Positions 24,613 to 34,588 of a stretch of DNA of 64,000 bases are shown in pieces. The position numbers and the translations under genes are program-made. The notes under the pieces are model-generated. The model was not told the DNA's origin. It worked only from the letters and a program-made list of their open reading frames with translations, and did no database searches. Origin of the DNA: Clostridia bacterium (GTDB taxonomy: Bacteria > Bacillota > Clostridia > Oscillospirales > CAG-272); NCBI GenBank assembly GCA_017461055.1, contig JAFTZI010000056.1, positions 19,175-83,174 on the forward strand, in the 5' to 3' direction. Positions within the stretch are counted from its first letter, which is position 1, and every line of letters starts with the position of its first letter.

Positions 24613-27276
24613 ATGAAAAAGAGAATTCTTTCTTTGATACTCTGCATTGCAATGTGTATGAGTCTTGTTGGAATTTTTGCAGGCTGTGGCGGAGATGAAA
24701 ATACTGATCCGAACAACCCAAATAACGGTTCACAGAGCACAGGCTTGCCTGCCAACAAGGACGCGCTTGTAATTATGTCAGAGGAGCTTGACGGATTATT
24801 CAATCCTTTCTATTCAACCTCCGGCGCTGACAGTACAATAGTATCAATGACACAAATCGGTATGCTTACATCTAAGTATGTAAATGGCGAGGTAGAGGTT
24901 GCCTTCGGTGAAAACGAGGCAGTTGTAGCCAAGGATTATATGTCAAAGTATGATGAAGCAACAGAAACAACAACCTACACCTTCGTTTTGAAGAACGGTA
25001 TTAAGTATTCAGACGGAGCGCCTCTTACAATGGAGGACGTGCTTTTCAACCTTTACGTTTACTTAGACCCTGTTTACGCAGGCTCAGCAACACTTTATTC
25101 AACAAAGATTCAAGGCTTAACTGAGTACAGAACTCAGGAGCAAAGCTCTGACACAGGCGTAGATGCTGACAGCCAGCTTTCCGAAACTGCAACAGCAAGC
25201 GCTATGAACCGTGTTAACGAGCTTGTAAACCTTTTCAAATCAGTTGGTAAAACACAGCAGGACGGCGTATTTTACGCAGACGTTCAGATGATGACAGATG
25301 CTATCAACGCATTGTCCGATAGCCAGATAAGTGACGGTTATAAGGAAGCGGTTACACACGACCCATCCTCTATTTCTCACGAGGATTGGAAAAAGCAGCT
25401 TCTTGAGGACTATGAAAATATCTGTAAGCTTTATAAGGAAGAGCTTCAAACTGCATACAACACAGCAAAAGAGGCTTATACAGAATCTCCTTATAAGGAG
25501 CACGATGAGTTTAAGGATCAGCTCTTCTGCTTTATGGCTTCACAGGGCTATGTTGAAATTACATACGTTAAGGTTAACGGAAAAGACGACAAGAGCCAGA
25601 TTGAAAGCGTAAGAGCGCAGTACGGTTCTACAATTGATACAATGGAAGAGGCAATTGAGTATGCTTACAATGATACAATCTCAAGCGCACTTCCTGCGGT
25701 ATTCTCATACACAAGCTCTGCACAAAAGGTAATTAACGAGTACGTTTCCAACGCAAAGGACGTAATCCTTCGCGGTAAGGTGCAGGCAGACGGCTCACTT
25801 AAGTTCGATAGCATTTCAGGTATCGTTTCCCTTGGTCACACAGAAGACAAGAAGGGTACAACAATTGAAGTAAACGGAACAACATATAAGATTGCATCCG
25901 CTCACAATAGCGACGGTACAGTAGCTAACGCAGATGAGTATGACGTTCTTCAAATCACAATTGACGGTATTGACCCTAAGGCTGTATGGAACTTTGCATT
26001 TGCAGTAGCTCCACAGCACTACTACGGTAAGGGCTCAAGCGTTGGTGTTGACATTGAAAACAACCAGTTCGGTGTTGAATGGGGTTCATTCGAGTTTATG
26101 AAAGAAATCATTCAATCCCCACTTAACATCAAGGTTCCAATGGGCGCAGGCGCTTATAAGGCAACAGACCGTTCCGACGCAGATAACCCTGCCGGCAACG
26201 CATTCTATAACAGTAACGTAGTATATTTCAAGGCTAACAACTATTTTGACACAGTAGGCGAGGGCATTGAAAACGCTAAGATTCAAAAGGTACGCTATCA
26301 GGTAGTAAGTGCATCTAACGCACTTCCAATGCTTGAAAGCGGCTCTATCCACTATGCAACACCTCAATTGACAGACGCTAACTTTGCAAAGATTGAGGCT
26401 CTTGACAAAATCGGCGCTAACTATATTCTTAATGACCAGCTCGGCTACGGTTATATCGGTGTTAACGCATCTAAGGTTACAGACATTAACTTGCGTAAGG
26501 CAATTATGTGTGCAATGAACACAGCATTAGCGCTTGACTACTACCGTCCGGGTACAGCAGAAAGAATTTTCTGGCCAATGTCAACTGTAAGCTGGGCATA
26601 TCCAAAGGATGGCTCAGGCAAGCTTGACGAAAACAACGAGCGTGATTATCCGTTGCCTGACTTCAATGAAGAAGACGCAACAATTCTTATTGAGGACTAT
26701 ATGCAAAGAGCAGGCGTTACAGCAGGCTCAAGCAAGCTTAAGTTCACATTTACAATTGCAGGCTCAAATCTTCAGGATCACCCAACCTATAAGACCTTCA
26801 GAGACGCAGCGGCGCTTCTTAACAAATTAGGCTGGAGCATTACTGTACAGGCAGATACACAGGCGCTTACAAAGCTCTCCACAGGCTCACTTGAGGTATG
26901 GGCAGCAGCTTGGGGCTCAACAATTGACCCTGATATGTATCAGGTTTACCACAAGAACTCAACAGCTACAAGCACACTTGCTTGGGGCTACCCAACAATC
27001 AAGAGCTCAGGCTCAAAGGAAGAGCAGGACATCTTGAACGAGCTCAGCAAGGTAATTGAAGAGGCTCGTGAAACAGACGTACGTGCTGACAGAGCAGAGC
27101 TTTACAGAGAAGCAATGGGCTATGTTCTTGACCTTGCAATTGAGCTTCCTGTATATCAGCGTAGCGTAGTTTACGTATATAATGCAAACGTAATTGATGC
27201 TTCCTCATTACCTGAGGCATCTAACCCATATTCCTCACCTCTTGACAGAATTTGGGAACTTGAATTTGTGAAATAA
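24613..27276 (+). CDS. ABC transporter substrate-binding lipoprotein, peptide/nickel (family 5, OppA/DppA-like), unusually long at 887 aa
   Basis: MKKRILSLILCIAMCMSLVGIFAGC/GGDEN lipobox; AAGGAG RBS. Family-5 SBP-like N- and C-terminal lobes (YTFVLKNGIKYSDGAPLTMEDVLFN...; GYGYIGVNASKV...; AAAWGSTIDPDMYQVYH), interrupted by a roughly 300-aa insert. Confidence 0.8.
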   Translation: MKKRILSLILCIAMCMSLVGIFAGCGGDENTDPNNPNNGSQSTGLPANKDALVIMSEELDGLFNPFYSTSGADSTIVSMTQIGMLTSKYVNGEVEVAFGENEAVVAKDYMSKYDEATETTTYTFVLKNGIKYSDGAPLTMEDVLFNLYVYLDPVYAGSATLYSTKIQGLTEYRTQEQSSDTGVDADSQLSETATASAMNRVNELVNLFKSVGKTQQDGVFYADVQMMTDAINALSDSQISDGYKEAVTHDPSSISHEDWKKQLLEDYENICKLYKEELQTAYNTAKEAYTESPYKEHDEFKDQLFCFMASQGYVEITYVKVNGKDDKSQIESVRAQYGSTIDTMEEAIEYAYNDTISSALPAVFSYTSSAQKVINEYVSNAKDVILRGKVQADGSLKFDSISGIVSLGHTEDKKGTTIEVNGTTYKIASAHNSDGTVANADEYDVLQITIDGIDPKAVWNFAFAVAPQHYYGKGSSVGVDIENNQFGVEWGSFEFMKEIIQSPLNIKVPMGAGAYKATDRSDADNPAGNAFYNSNVVYFKANNYFDTVGEGIENAKIQKVRYQVVSASNALPMLESGSIHYATPQLTDANFAKIEALDKIGANYILNDQLGYGYIGVNASKVTDINLRKAIMCAMNTALALDYYRPGTAERIFWPMSTVSWAYPKDGSGKLDENNERDYPLPDFNEEDATILIEDYMQRAGVTAGSSKLKFTFTIAGSNLQDHPTYKTFRDAAALLNKLGWSITVQADTQALTKLSTGSLEVWAAAWGSTIDPDMYQVYHKNSTATSTLAWGYPTIKSSGSKEEQDILNELSKVIEEARETDVRADRAELYREAMGYVLDLAIELPVYQRSVVYVYNANVIDASSLPEASNPYSSPLDRIWELEFVK

Positions 27277-27296
27277 TATAGGAGATACAAGGACCT

Positions 27297-28292
27297 ATGT
27301 TAAAGTACATTCTTAAAAGATTAGCATTATCAATATTGATACTTATCGGCGTATCCTTGATAATTTATTTTCTGATTCGTTTAATGCCTGTTGACTTTAT
27401 TCAGGATAAAATCAACGCAATGAATCAGGGCGGTGCAACAGTACCGCAGGAAACTGTTGATAAGATGTACGAAATGTATGGACTTGAGGCTAATCCTACT
27501 TTCTTAGGTATCATTAAGGGTTATTTAACCTGGCTAAAGGCGCTATGCCGTTTCGATCTTGGTACAAGCTTCGTTTACGGCATACCTGTAGCCGAGGTAA
27601 TTGTTGACCATATGGGCGTTTCCTTTGCAGTAGCCTTAATCGCAACTGTATTTGAATTTTTAATAGCAATCCCACTTGGTATAACAGCAGCAACACATCA
27701 GTATTCAATAAGAGACTATGTTGTTACAATCTTCGTAATGATAGGTATTTCTTTACCGTCCTTCTTCTTTGGACAAATGCTGAAGGACTGGTTTGCAATA
27801 AAGCTGGACATTTTCCCTGTATCAGGACTTGTAGACGCAAGCGGCTCTGCAACAGGACTTGCATTATTGCCTGACTACTTTATGCATATGTTCTTGCCGA
27901 TTTTGACCGTAGTAATCCTTTCCATAGGCGGTCGAATGAGAATGACAAGAACAAATATGCTTGAGGTTATGAACTCAGACTATATTCGTACAGCAAGAGC
28001 AAAGGGCTTAAAGGAAAGTAAGGTTATTTACAAGCACGCATTCCGTAACACACTTATTCCAATAGTAACAACCTTGGCAGCATTGTTGCCATCCTTGTTC
28101 TCAGGTGCTATTATCACTGAGCAGGTATTTGACCTGCCCGGTATCGGTAACGTAGCCTTGAAGGCAATGAACAAGGGCGATATTCCATTCATAATGGGCT
28201 ACAATATGTTCTTAGCAATTTTGAGCGTAGTAGGTGTATTGTTATCAGACCTTATGTACGCAGTTGTTGACCCACGTGTTAAGCTTGAGTAA
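27297..28292 (+). CDS. ABC transporter permease (OppB/DppB-like)
   Basis: MLKYILKRLALSILILIGVSLIIYFLIRLMP plus the EAA-loop region YIRTARAKGLKESKVIYKHAFRNTLIP. 331 aa. Confidence 0.9.
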   Translation: MLKYILKRLALSILILIGVSLIIYFLIRLMPVDFIQDKINAMNQGGATVPQETVDKMYEMYGLEANPTFLGIIKGYLTWLKALCRFDLGTSFVYGIPVAEVIVDHMGVSFAVALIATVFEFLIAIPLGITAATHQYSIRDYVVTIFVMIGISLPSFFFGQMLKDWFAIKLDIFPVSGLVDASGSATGLALLPDYFMHMFLPILTVVILSIGGRMRMTRTNMLEVMNSDYIRTARAKGLKESKVIYKHAFRNTLIPIVTTLAALLPSLFSGAIITEQVFDLPGIGNVALKAMNKGDIPFIMGYNMFLAILSVVGVLLSDLMYAVVDPRVKLE

Positions 28293-28305
28293 GGGGGAAG
28301 TTTAA

Positions 28306-29538
28306 ATGGCTAATTTAGAATACATTAATCAAATAGACCTGACAGCTTCCGCCGAAAATATATCCGAAAGCGGTGTAACTCTTTCTCCAAACGGTGAAAT
28401 TAAAAGAAATTACGACCCTGAGGAATTAAGAGCAAAGCGCTTAAAGGAAATTGAAGAAAAGAAACGTATTGAAGAAGAGCAAAGAATACAAGACGAGCTT
28501 AAAAAGCAGGAAGAGGACAACAAAAAAGCAGAGGAAGAGGACGAGCCATTAGATAAAAATGTAAAGCTTATGTCCCCAACCCGTATGGTTTTGCGTAGAT
28601 TTTTCCGTTCCAAGCTCAGTATTGTGGGTCTTATAATGGTTGTTGGACTTTTCATATTCAGCTTCTTTGGACCTCTTGTTTATAATGAATGGGGCGAAAC
28701 AGAGCTTGATGAAAGCGGAAAGACCATTTATACAACAACAGAAATTGAAATGACTGACGACAACGGAGATAAATATATCATTTATCAGACAATCGAAAAA
28801 GAGGTTAAGGATAACTTCTTGGCTGCTCCCTCAAAGGACCACATCTTAGGTACAGATAATGAGGGCTACGATATTTTCGTAAGACTTATGTACGGTGGCA
28901 GAATTTCCTTGACAGTTAGCTTTATCGCAGTATTTGTAATTACAATACTCGGTGTTGTCTTAGGCGGTGTAGCAGGCTACTTCGGCGGCGCAATTGATAA
29001 TATTATAATGAGAATTTGTGATATTTTAATGTGCTTACCTGGTATTCCTATTCTCCTTATAATCAGTACTATTCTTGATGCCGCAGAGGTTGACGGAAAG
29101 TACCGTATTTATTTACTTATGATATATCTTACCTTGTTCTCCTGGACAGGAACCGCACGTCTTGTAAGAGGTCAGATTCTTTCCTTAAGAGAGCAGGAGT
29201 ATATGGTAGCCGCTGAGGCTATGGGCTACTCCACAGGAAGAAAGATATTCAAGCACTTAGTACCAAACGTAATGCCACAGCTTATAGTTCAAATGAGCTT
29301 AAGCCTTGGTAGTATGATTTTGTACGAGGCAACCTTGTCCTACCTGAACCTTGGCGTTAAGCCACCGTATGCAGCGTGGGGTACAATGATTAACATTATT
29401 TCAACCAATATGGATATTTTGCAGAACCACTTCAACGTATGGGGACCTGCGGGTATTTGTATTGTAATTGCCGTTCTTGGCTTTAACTTTGTGGGCGATG
29501 GCTTACGAGATGCCCTTGACCCTAAGATGAGGAGATAA
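28306..29538 (+). CDS. ABC transporter permease (OppC/DppC-like) with a roughly 95-aa charged N-terminal extension
   Basis: Core: LGTDNEGYDIFVRLMYGGRISL..., REQEYMVAAEAMGYSTGRKIFKHLVPNV. N-terminal extension EELRAKRLKEIEEKKRIEEEQRIQDELKKQEEDNKKAEEEDE (K/E-rich). Confidence 0.9.
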   Translation: MANLEYINQIDLTASAENISESGVTLSPNGEIKRNYDPEELRAKRLKEIEEKKRIEEEQRIQDELKKQEEDNKKAEEEDEPLDKNVKLMSPTRMVLRRFFRSKLSIVGLIMVVGLFIFSFFGPLVYNEWGETELDESGKTIYTTTEIEMTDDNGDKYIIYQTIEKEVKDNFLAAPSKDHILGTDNEGYDIFVRLMYGGRISLTVSFIAVFVITILGVVLGGVAGYFGGAIDNIIMRICDILMCLPGIPILLIISTILDAAEVDGKYRIYLLMIYLTLFSWTGTARLVRGQILSLREQEYMVAAEAMGYSTGRKIFKHLVPNVMPQLIVQMSLSLGSMILYEATLSYLNLGVKPPYAAWGTMINIISTNMDILQNHFNVWGPAGICIVIAVLGFNFVGDGLRDALDPKMRR

Positions 29539-29541
29539 CAT

Positions 29542-30900
29542 ATGAGCATTATAGATAAACTCAAAAGCCTCATTTCAAAGGAAAAGAATGGTGATGAGGT
29601 AAAAACAGTAAATTCCTATCTTTCAGGTAAGGAAATTCGCAAAATCGCCAAGGAAAACAGCAAGGTTATGAAGCGCTTAGAGGCGTATAAGTATCGTAAG
29701 GCAGATGAAAGCGAATTTATAACTGAGCTTAAAGATAGCGCAAACATTTTGGAAATTGAGGATTTACACACATACTTCTTTACAGACCAAGGCGTTGTAA
29801 AGGCGGTAAACGGTGTTTCCTTCAATGTTCCGAAAAATGCAACCGTCGGTGTCGTTGGCGAAAGTGGATGCGGTAAGAGTGTAACAAGTATGTCTGTTAT
29901 GCGTCTTTTACAGGGCCCGCAGGGTCAGATTTACTCAGGTGACATTCGCTTTAAGGCAAATGACTATAAGTACGACGCAAGCGGCAAAATGATTCCCGTT
30001 TACGAAACAGACGAAAACGGTGAAATTGTTTATGAAGAAAAGGTTAACAAAAAGGGAGAGACTGTAAAGGAGCCCGTTCAAAAGAGAAACGAAGATGGCG
30101 CCTTACAGTATGAAATGGAGGAAAAGATTTACGATATTGCTAAAATGCCGATTAACGAAATACACCGTATTCGCGGCAAGCAAATCGCAATGATATTCCA
30201 AGAGCCAATGACATCCTTAAACCCCATATTCACAATCGGCGAACAGCTTGACGAGGTAACCTTTATTCACGTGCCCGGCGCAACAAAGCAAATGGCAAAG
30301 GATAAGTCAATTGAAATGCTTAACCTTGTCGGCATTGCTATGCCGGAAAGAGTGTATAAGTCCTACCCACACGAGCTGTCAGGCGGTATGCGTCAAAGAG
30401 TTATGATAGCTATGGCGCTTGCCTGCAACCCACGCTTGATTATAGCTGACGAGCCTACAACAGCTCTTGACGTTACAATCCAAGCACAAATTCTTGATTT
30501 ATTACGTGACCTTAAGGAAAAAATTGACGGTTCAATTCTTCTTATCACTCACGACTTAGGTATAATTGCCGAAATGGCTGACTATGTTGTGGTTATGTAT
30601 GCAGGAAGAGTAATTGAAAAGGGAACGGTTTCTGAAATTTTCCACAATCCTATGCACCCATATACCATAGGCTTGCAAAAGTCAAAGCCAACTCTTGAAT
30701 CAAATACAGATACACTTTTCAATATTCCGGGTAACGTACCAAACCCAATTAATATGCCTAACCACTGCTATTTCAAGGAAAGATGCTCCAAGTGCATTCA
30801 CAAATGCTCAGGTGATTATCCTCCAATGGTACAGGTTAGCCCAACACACTATGTAGCTTGTCATTTATACGAAGAGGAGAAGGAGGAGCAAGATGGCTGA
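29542..30900 (+). CDS. ABC transporter ATP-binding protein (OppD/DppD-like) with an N-terminal extension and an internal insert
   Basis: Walker A GESGCGKS, signature LSGGMRQR, Walker [12 protein letters not shown], and an oligopeptide C-terminal Cys-rich tail. There is a roughly 65-aa N-terminal extension and a roughly 60-aa insert ([55 protein letters not shown]) between Walker A and the Q-loop. Confidence 0.9.
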   Translation: MSIIDKLKSLISKEKNGDEVKTVNSYLSGKEIRKIAKENSKVMKRLEAYKYRKADESEFITELKDSANILEIEDLHTYFFTDQGVVKAVNGVSFNVPKNATVGVVGESGCGKSVTSMSVMRLLQGPQGQIYSGDIRFKANDYKYDASGKMIPVYETDENGEIVYEEKVNKKGETVKEPVQKRNEDGALQYEMEEKIYDIAKMPINEIHRIRGKQIAMIFQEPMTSLNPIFTIGEQLDEVTFIHVPGATKQMAKDKSIEMLNLVGIAMPERVYKSYPHELSGGMRQRVMIAMALACNPRLIIADEPTTALDVTIQAQILDLLRDLKEKIDGSILLITHDLGIIAEMADYVVVMYAGRVIEKGTVSEIFHNPMHPYTIGLQKSKPTLESNTDTLFNIPGNVPNPINMPNHCYFKERCSKCIHKCSGDYPPMVQVSPTHYVACHLYEEEKEEQDG

Positions 30901-32194
30901 AGATAAGATTTTAGAAGCGCAAGAAGCAGAAAACTCCATTTCCTGTGATGATGTGGCAGAGTGCGTTGAAAACGAAATCACTCAAGAGGTTAGCGAAACA
31001 GTATCCGAGGAAGTGACCGAAGAGGTATCCGAGGAAGCAACAGAAGAAGCAACCGAGGAAGTAATCGCAGAGGAACCGACCGAAGAAGCAACGGCAGAGG
31101 AAGGCGAGCAGGACACACAGATGCCTGTTGACGAGTCTACTCAATATGATGACGAGGCTGAAAAGGCAAAATACTTAGCCGCACGCAAGGCGCAAGCGGA
31201 GGAGGACTTTAAAAAGCCCTTTGATAAGGATGCGCTTTTAGAGGTTCGTCATTTAAGAAAGGCATTCCCAATTAAAAAGACCATAACAGGTAAGGTTTTA
31301 CAGGAGCTTGTAGCAGTTGATGATATTTCCTTCAAGCTTCACGCAGGCGAAACCATTGGTATCGTTGGCGAAAGCGGATGCGGTAAAACCACAATGGGAA
31401 GAACCGTTCTTAAGCTACATAAATCCAACGGCGGTCAAATTATATTTGACGGTCAGGATATAACCGATTTAAAGCCAAGCCAAATGAGAGAAATACGTAA
31501 GAAAATGCAAATCATTTTCCAAGACCCGTATTCCTCACTCCCACCGAGAAGCACAGTTGGCGGTATCTTGTCAGAGCCTGTAAATGTTCATAAAATCGTT
31601 CCTAAGGATCAGGTCAAGGACTACGTTCTTGAATTAATGGACAAGTGCGGCTTGCGTGATTATTATTACGAAAGATATCCACACGAGTTCTCAGGCGGTC
31701 AGCGTCAAAGAATTTGTATTGCCCGTGCCCTTAGTGTTAATCCAAAGCTTGTAATTTGCGACGAGCCTGTTTCAGCTCTTGACGTATCAATTCAGGCACA
31801 GATTATCAACCTTTTAAAGAGCCTTCAGGAATCAATGAACTTAGCATATTTGTTTATTTCACACAATTTAAGCGTTGTTAAGTTTATCTCCGATAAAATC
31901 GGCGTTATGTACTTAGGCTCAATGGTTGAATTTGGCTCAAAGACCGATATATTTGCAAATCCGCTTCACCCTTATACAAAGGCGCTGTTCTCAGCTATAC
32001 CGAATCCTAATCCCGATATTAAGATGAAGCGTATAGCCTTGGCAGGTGATATTCCATCTCCTGCTAACCCACCAAGCGGATGCCGCTTCCATACCCGTTG
32101 CCCTTACGCAAAGGAAATATGCAAGCACGTAACCCCTGAGTATAAGGAGTACGAAACAGGTCACTTTGCAGCCTGCCATTTGTTAGAGGAGTAA
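30893..32194 (+). CDS. ABC transporter ATP-binding protein (OppF/DppF-like) with a roughly 110-aa acidic repeat N-terminal extension
   Basis: Overlaps the upstream gene by 8 nt. Walker A GESGCGKTT, signature FSGGQRQR, Walker B VICDEPVSALD. N-terminus ITQEVSETVSEEVTEEVSEEATEEATEEVIAEEPTEEATAEEGEQD (nt about 30983-31108). Confidence 0.9.
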   Translation: MAEDKILEAQEAENSISCDDVAECVENEITQEVSETVSEEVTEEVSEEATEEATEEVIAEEPTEEATAEEGEQDTQMPVDESTQYDDEAEKAKYLAARKAQAEEDFKKPFDKDALLEVRHLRKAFPIKKTITGKVLQELVAVDDISFKLHAGETIGIVGESGCGKTTMGRTVLKLHKSNGGQIIFDGQDITDLKPSQMREIRKKMQIIFQDPYSSLPPRSTVGGILSEPVNVHKIVPKDQVKDYVLELMDKCGLRDYYYERYPHEFSGGQRQRICIARALSVNPKLVICDEPVSALDVSIQAQIINLLKSLQESMNLAYLFISHNLSVVKFISDKIGVMYLGSMVEFGSKTDIFANPLHPYTKALFSAIPNPNPDIKMKRIALAGDIPSPANPPSGCRFHTRCPYAKEICKHVTPEYKEYETGHFAACHLLEE

Positions 32195-32197
32195 TTA

Positions 32198-32434
32198 ATG
32201 AAGGAAAAAAAGAAAAAGGAAAAGGTAACCTATATTGACGACGGACGCACAATTGCAGATATGTCAAATGTAGGCTATGGTAAATACATAAGCAGGGACG
32301 GAAAAAGGAAATCCACCTTCAAGGAAAAATGGACTACCTACTGGGAAGCAGTCAGAATGATGCTTCTTCCAATGCTTGTCGTAATTGGTATAATTACCTT
32401 AGCATACCTTATTATGTACTTTTCTTTAAAATAA
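32198..32434 (+). CDS. Small single-TM protein (78 aa) closing the ABC operon
   Basis: Starts 3 nt after the ATPase stop. Lys-rich N-terminus MKEKKKKEKV and one TM helix MMLLPMLVVIGIITLAYLIMYF. Followed by a strong terminator. No family recognised. Confidence 0.5.
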   Translation: MKEKKKKEKVTYIDDGRTIADMSNVGYGKYISRDGKRKSTFKEKWTTYWEAVRMMLLPMLVVIGIITLAYLIMYFSLK

Positions 32435-32457
32435 GAATTACTTTAATAAAGAAAAAA

Positions 32458-32488
32458 GCACAGAGCCAAGAAAGCTCTGTGCTTTTTT
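32458..32488 (+). terminator. Rho-independent terminator ending the protease/Opp operon
   Basis: GCACAGAGC (32458-32466), caagaaa, GCTCTGTGC (32474-32482), TTTTTT (32483-32488). Confidence 0.85.
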
Positions 32489-32597
32489 CATATAAACCTG
32501 TATGGCAGGGCTTGCTTCTGTGCCGAAATGCTAACCTGCAAAAATTAATAATTTGTAAGTTGGGGGCTTGCTCCTGCTGAAAGCTGCGGTAACTCCT

Positions 32598-32921
32598 TTA
32601 AATTAACTCAATCTCTATTGCCAATACTCCGTAAAGCTTTATTTGCTCTTTGCTATAATACTTGCTCATATCGTCAGGGTCAGCAATTTCATTCTCGTTG
32701 TAGCCAAGATTAAGCTTGTCGTATTGTTCGTAAAGCTCTGCAAAATCCTTGAATTTTGTTAAATTACGAACACGTGTCAGCATTTTTTCGCCACTGTCTC
32801 TTTGGTAAAACTCAATTTCATCACCGATTTTTATTAAAGCGCGCTTTTCATCGCAAAGACGCATTTCTATGGTTTTTTGCCCCGATTTAATCGCACAAAA
32901 GGGCGAGCTATGTAAATTCAT
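32598..32921 (-). CDS. ASCH domain protein
   Basis: MNLHSSPFCAIKSGQKTIEMRLCDEKRALIKIGDEIEF matches the ASCH beta-barrel N-terminal pattern. I prefer the ATG at 32921, 1 nt after the trmO stop. The track ORF uses a GTG at 32939 that would overlap trmO. Confidence 0.65.
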   Translation of the reverse strand: MNLHSSPFCAIKSGQKTIEMRLCDEKRALIKIGDEIEFYQRDSGEKMLTRVRNLTKFKDFAELYEQYDKLNLGYNENEIADPDDMSKYYSKEQIKLYGVLAIEIELI

Positions 32922-32922
32922 A

Positions 32923-33606
32923 CTATGTCTCATTCTCACTAATCTCCACTACCGTTAAAATTTTGCCATCAACCGTAAACTTAATTTCGTACCTGTCAAA
33001 GAAAAAGCCGTAAACTCTGTCCCTGTCATCAATATAAGACGGTCGAGGGTCTTGACCCAGTGCTTCTTCTAAGCATACAATTAATGATGGGTCAATTTTG
33101 CGCCTTAGCTTATTTGGTATTATAACCTCTTTTGTATAGTCCTCAATTTCAGTGCTGAACCCACCCAAAGCGTCATTAATACAATCAATGTGAGGAAGAT
33201 ATGGCTTTATATCATAAACAGGAGTTTTGTCCATCATGTCAGCGCCGCTTAAATGCAAAATACAGCCAAGAGTGTCTGTCTTTTCTATTTTTTCAAGCTT
33301 CAAGCAGGAAAGAGCTAAGGAATTGGGACGGAATGAGGAGCGTGTCGCAAAAACCCCCATGCGCGTATTCCCACCCAAGCGCGGAGGACGCACCGTTGGG
33401 GAAAAGCTCGATTGCTTGTTTTCGGAAAATCCCCAAATTATCCACACGTGGCTGTACCTTTCTAATCCCCTCAATGCTTCTGCCACCCTAAATTCAGGCT
33501 CAAAAACAAGAGTTGCCATAATGCTTTTGCAAAGCCCGCTTTGTCTTGGCAAGCCAAACTTTGTGGGGAAGGCTGTTCTTATATATCCTATGGGCTTAAT
33601 CTCCAT
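32923..33606 (-). CDS. trmO: tRNA (N6-threonylcarbamoyladenosine(37)-N6)-methyltransferase TrmO (TsaA/YaeB family)
   Basis: MEIKPIGYIRTAFPTKFGLPRQSGL...VWIIWGFS...RPPRLGGN...GVFATRS..RPN is the characteristic TsaA-like fold sequence. AAGGAG RBS. Confidence 0.85.
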   Translation of the reverse strand: MEIKPIGYIRTAFPTKFGLPRQSGLCKSIMATLVFEPEFRVAEALRGLERYSHVWIIWGFSENKQSSFSPTVRPPRLGGNTRMGVFATRSSFRPNSLALSCLKLEKIEKTDTLGCILHLSGADMMDKTPVYDIKPYLPHIDCINDALGGFSTEIEDYTKEVIIPNKLRRKIDPSLIVCLEEALGQDPRPSYIDDRDRVYGFFFDRYEIKFTVDGKILTVVEISENET

Positions 33607-33734
33607 TTTTATCTCCTTGTAATTTCAGTGTCATAACTATTTTAACATAAATATAGGGAAAATTCCACATTATAAGTTGAATTTCCCTTTGCTTTGTGCT
33701 ATTATTACGTTGTAAAACATATTTGAGGTGCGTA

Positions 33735-34433
33735 ATGGTTGATATAATTTTAAATATTGTTGAATACATAGGCGTTATTTCCTTTGCAATTTCGGGCACA
33801 GTTATTGCAATCAATAAAAAAACCGATGCGGTAGGAGCAGTCGTTTTTGCGTTGCTTACCTGCTTCGGCGGCGGTACGGTAAGAGATATTGTCTTAGGTA
33901 CAACTCCAAGAATTTTAACTAACAGAGAATATCATTATTTGGCAATTACCTGTATTGCTATTGCTTTAATTTGCTTTGCCTTGGCATTCATTCCGAAAAC
34001 TGCCTCGTTTATAACAAAGCACAGCCACGATTTTGTAATTGATTTCACCGATGCTATTGGTCTTAGCGTATTTTGCGTTTTCGGTGTGGATGTAGCAATT
34101 GAAATAAATGCAAATGCTAACCCCGTATTGCTTATCTTCTGCGGCTGTATAACTGCTGTTGGCGGCGGAATGCTAAGAGATGTTTGCTCAGCTGAAATTC
34201 CGTTCATTTTCAGAAAGCATATTTATTTAATTCCAACACTGTGCGGCTCTACCTTCTATGCCTTGACCTATAAGCATATTCCCCATTTGGTATCAATACT
34301 CATAGCCATAGGAATCGTAATCGCCTTGCGTGTCCTTGCCATTATATTCAAATGGAATTTGCCCGTACCAAAGGGAAATGATGACAAAACAGAGCAAGCT
34401 CAAATTGACACCCTTGAAATGAGCCAAATATAA
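33735..34433 (+). CDS. Trimeric intracellular cation channel family protein (UPF0126 / YadS-like, two glycine-rich repeats)
   Basis: ATG at 33735 with GAGGTG RBS (33725-33730). VEYIGVISFAISGTVIAINKKTDAVGAVVFALLTCFGGGTVRD and the second repeat DAIGLSVFCVFG...VGGGMLRD. Seven hydrophobic helices. Confidence 0.8.
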   Translation: MVDIILNIVEYIGVISFAISGTVIAINKKTDAVGAVVFALLTCFGGGTVRDIVLGTTPRILTNREYHYLAITCIAIALICFALAFIPKTASFITKHSHDFVIDFTDAIGLSVFCVFGVDVAIEINANANPVLLIFCGCITAVGGGMLRDVCSAEIPFIFRKHIYLIPTLCGSTFYALTYKHIPHLVSILIAIGIVIALRVLAIIFKWNLPVPKGNDDKTEQAQIDTLEMSQI

Positions 34434-34588
34434 AAAATCTCTTACGGTTTAGTGCGTCACGCCAAAGGACAGTTTTTCAAAAATACGGTATATCTCGAAA
34501 GAGGTATGCCGTATTTATCGTTTGTGTCCATAAATGCAGTCCTTGTGAGAAAAATTGACAAGCAACAGATGAACATGAAGAAAAGCCT

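Noticed and set aside
30983-31108. Short tandem GAGGAAG-rich periodicity that could look like a tandem repeat or CRISPR-like array
   Set aside because: It is in-frame coding low complexity (the EEVxEE acidic repeats of the OppF-like N-terminus). There are no spacers and no conserved repeat units of CRISPR size.
33201-33622. 96-aa and 131-aa plus-strand ORFs
   Set aside because: They are antisense to trmO, which has a strong family signature.
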